A stretch of DNA of 58,771 nucleotides. It comes from Chryseobacterium gleum (GTDB lineage: Bacteria; Bacteroidota; Bacteroidia; Flavobacteriales_D; Crocinitomicaceae). How positions within the stretch are numbered: the stretch's first letter is position 1; every line of letters begins with the position of its first letter. The notes under the pieces were generated by a model, which had not been told where the DNA came from, did no database searches, and worked only from the letters and a program-made list of their open reading frames with translations. Below, piece after piece: positions 56,746 to 58,771 of this stretch. Position numbers and translations under genes: made by a program. The DNA is taken from NCBI GenBank assembly GCA_943326825.2, contig CALPUT020000001.1, positions 1-58,771 on the forward strand, written 5' to 3'.

Positions 56746-58239
56746 TTAATTTTTACCTGGTGCATCTGATGCTGCCTCTGGTTTTGGTAAATATTCTAAA
56801 ATAATTCTAGCGTCTTGTGTCAAGTATTTTTTAGCGACTCTCAAAATGTCTTCACGAGTAACTTTCAAATAAGCATCTAATTGATTATTTGTTCTGTTTG
56901 CATTTCCGTAATAAACATAATTGTCAGCTAAATTTTCACAAATTCCAGCGATTGAAGCGTTAGAACCTACGATTTGATTTTCAAATTGATTTCTAATTTT
57001 TTCAAATTCTTCTTGAGAAATTAATTCTTTTTTGATCAATTCAATTTGTTTATCAACTTCAACTTGAATAGTATCTAGGCTGATATCTTTGGATGCGATT
57101 GCAGCAAATATCCCCATACCTGCATCTTCTAATCCATACGCAAATGAAAAAGCATAATTTGCTAATTGTTTTTTCTCAACAATAGCTTTATTCATTCTAG
57201 AACTAGATCCTCCAGATAACACTTCATTCATCATTTCTAATGCTGGGAAATCAGGATTTGTTTGCTCTGGAAAACGGTAAGCAATAAATAAAGCAGGTAA
57301 TTGAATATTATCATAAACTATATCTTTTTGAACTCCTTTTGGTGTTTCTGATGTTTTTGAAGGTCTAGGAATTACACTTGCTTTTGTAGTATATAAATCA
57401 ATAACTTTCTTAGCTTCTGGATCTTTATTAGCATTAAAGTTTTTTAAATCGAATTTTGATTTTGCAACTTTATATTTAGCTAAAAATGCTTCATCAGTTA
57501 AGTTCTCAACATCTCTAAATAAATTTATAGCTTCTCCTTTTGGAATTGAACCAAAATATTTTTCTACCATTTTTTTAGTTTCAGCAACATTGATATCTCC
57601 TGCAATAGAAATTGTTGAATTTGCAGGTACATAAAAAGTTCTGTAAAAGTTAACATAATCTTGCTCTTGAGCTGCATCTAAATGTTCCATACTTCCAATT
57701 GGCATCCAATTGTATGGGTGAACTTTAAACATTCTTTTGAAAATTTCAGGAATAAAAGTAGCGTAAGGTTGATTGTCAACTCTTTGTCTTTTTTCTTCTT
57801 TTACAACTGAACGTTGAGTCTCAATTCCCGTTTTTTCAACTTTCGCATGAAGCATACGCTCACTTTCTAACCAAATCCCTAATTCTAATTGATTAGATGG
57901 TAAAATTTCGTAGTAGTATGTTCTATCTTGAGAAGTATTAGCATTTAGGCCTCCTCCATTTTTTTCTACTAATTCACTGTATTCACCGCGACCAATGTTT
58001 GTCGTTCCTTCGAACAATAAATGTTCAAAAAAGTGGGCAAATCCGGTTCTGTCAGATTTTTCGTTTTTGGATCCAACATGGTAAAGAACAGATACAGCAA
58101 CGATAGGAGTCGCATGTTCTTCATGTAAAATAACGTGAATACCATTCGGTAAATCATATTCTACATATTCAATTTTTTTTTGTGAAAAGGATGAGAAAGC
58201 GGAGAAACTTAAAAATCCAATCAAAATGATTTTTTTCAT
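56746..58239 (-). CDS. M16-family (pitrilysin/insulinase-like) zinc peptidase
   Basis: Inverted zinc motif HFFEHLLFEGT, downstream Glu (NANTSQDRTYY), signal peptide. Confidence 0.88.
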   Translation of the reverse strand: MKKIILIGFLSFSAFSSFSQKKIEYVEYDLPNGIHVILHEEHATPIVAVSVLYHVGSKNEKSDRTGFAHFFEHLLFEGTTNIGRGEYSELVEKNGGGLNANTSQDRTYYYEILPSNQLELGIWLESERMLHAKVEKTGIETQRSVVKEEKRQRVDNQPYATFIPEIFKRMFKVHPYNWMPIGSMEHLDAAQEQDYVNFYRTFYVPANSTISIAGDINVAETKKMVEKYFGSIPKGEAINLFRDVENLTDEAFLAKYKVAKSKFDLKNFNANKDPEAKKVIDLYTTKASVIPRPSKTSETPKGVQKDIVYDNIQLPALFIAYRFPEQTNPDFPALEMMNEVLSGGSSSRMNKAIVEKKQLANYAFSFAYGLEDAGMGIFAAIASKDISLDTIQVEVDKQIELIKKELISQEEFEKIRNQFENQIVGSNASIAGICENLADNYVYYGNANRTNNQLDAYLKVTREDILRVAKKYLTQDARIILEYLPKPEAASDAPGKN

Positions 58240-58332
58240 GAAATAATATTTTTATCAAATTAAATCAATAATTCCCAATTTGAAGTGTATAAAAGGATAT
58301 TCGGAAATAATCTAAGGTGAAAGGTTATTATA

Positions 58333-58377
58333 CTAAAAAAGGTAATCCGTTTAAAAAAATATTAAACAGATTACCTT
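58333..58377 (-). terminator. Terminator of ndk
   Basis: 9-bp stem AAGGTAATC/GATTACCTT (21-nt loop) followed by TTTTTT on the minus strand. Confidence 0.55.
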
Positions 58378-58389
58378 CAATTTTTTTAA

Positions 58390-58771
58390 TTAAAAAACTT
58401 CGTTTGCTGCGAAATGAAATTTTCCTTCAATTTCTGCATTTTCATCAGAATCAGAACCGTGAACTGCATTACGGCCTTTATTTTCAGCATATGCTTTACG
58501 GATTGTTCCTTCAGCTGCTTCAGCAGGATCAGTAGCTCCGATTAATTTTCTAAAATCTTCAACTGCGTTATCTTTTTCTAAGATAGCTGCAACGATTGGT
58601 CCTGAAGACATATATTCAACTAATTCTCCATAAAATGGACGTTCAGCGTGAACAGCATAAAATTCTTTCGCTTGTTCTACACTTAATTTAGTGTATTTTA
58701 AAGCTTTAATATCAAATCCAGCACCGATAATCATATCGATAATTTTACCCATGTAACCGTTCTCGATTGCA
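58390..58771 (-). CDS. ndk: Nucleoside diphosphate kinase. The N-terminus lies outside the window.
   Basis: ...GATDP..A..GTIR......NA.HGSDS. The frame continues open past the track's Met to the window edge ([10 protein letters not shown]). Confidence 0.9.
   Translation of the reverse strand, partial: AIENGYMGKIIDMIIGAGFDIKALKYTKLSVEQAKEFYAVHAERPFYGELVEYMSSGPIVAAILEKDNAVEDFRKLIGATDPAEAAEGTIRKAYAENKGRNAVHGSDSDENAEIEGKFHFAANEVF

Noticed and set aside
58317-58535. 72-aa plus-strand ORF at the ndk 3' end
   Set aside because: It overlaps the ndk CDS and its terminator in antisense. The translation is Leu/Gln-rich low complexity.
1-58771. Searched by eye for CRISPR arrays, IS/transposase or integrase genes, long direct or inverted repeats, rRNA/tRNA, and known defence-system signature genes
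   Set aside because: None found. The only repeats are short terminator stems and the gdhA-upstream motifs. All large ORFs are housekeeping or envelope proteins. A computational repeat and HMM scan would be needed to exclude cryptic elements.

Overview
AT-rich chromosomal segment (roughly 30-35% GC by eye) that looks like Flavobacteriia/Bacteroidota. Supporting signs: TAnnTTTG -7 promoter boxes, no Shine-Dalgarno sequences, and DUF1573, DUF4197, GSCFA, WG-repeat and T9SS-like domains. I support about 65 CDS. Most are housekeeping: rpsF-rpsR-rplI, rpsO-pnp, efp, ftsH, acn, mdh, gdhA, fba, accD, pyrE, birA, cdsA-psd, lgt-aroK, menB, xth, ndk. I found no rRNA, tRNA, CRISPR array, transposase/integrase or recognisable defence genes, and no clearly novel system. 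The best candidates for follow-up, all inference-level, are: (1) a GC-enriched, tetraloop-rich structured RNA candidate at about 53.1-53.3 kb, with its own -7 box and a class I cannot name; (2) a sulfation locus at 17.5-20.9 kb holding an APS kinase, a PAPS-type sulfotransferase, two tiny membrane proteins (one absent from the ORF track) and an exported arylsulfotransferase-like protein; (3) a four-gene operon of unknown-function envelope proteins ending in a GSCFA gene at 23.9-28.8 kb; (4) an ECF sigma factor coupled to a membrane protein whose C-terminus resembles a T9SS type-B sorting domain. Several track ORFs carry spurious N-terminal extensions, and I give corrected starts for them.
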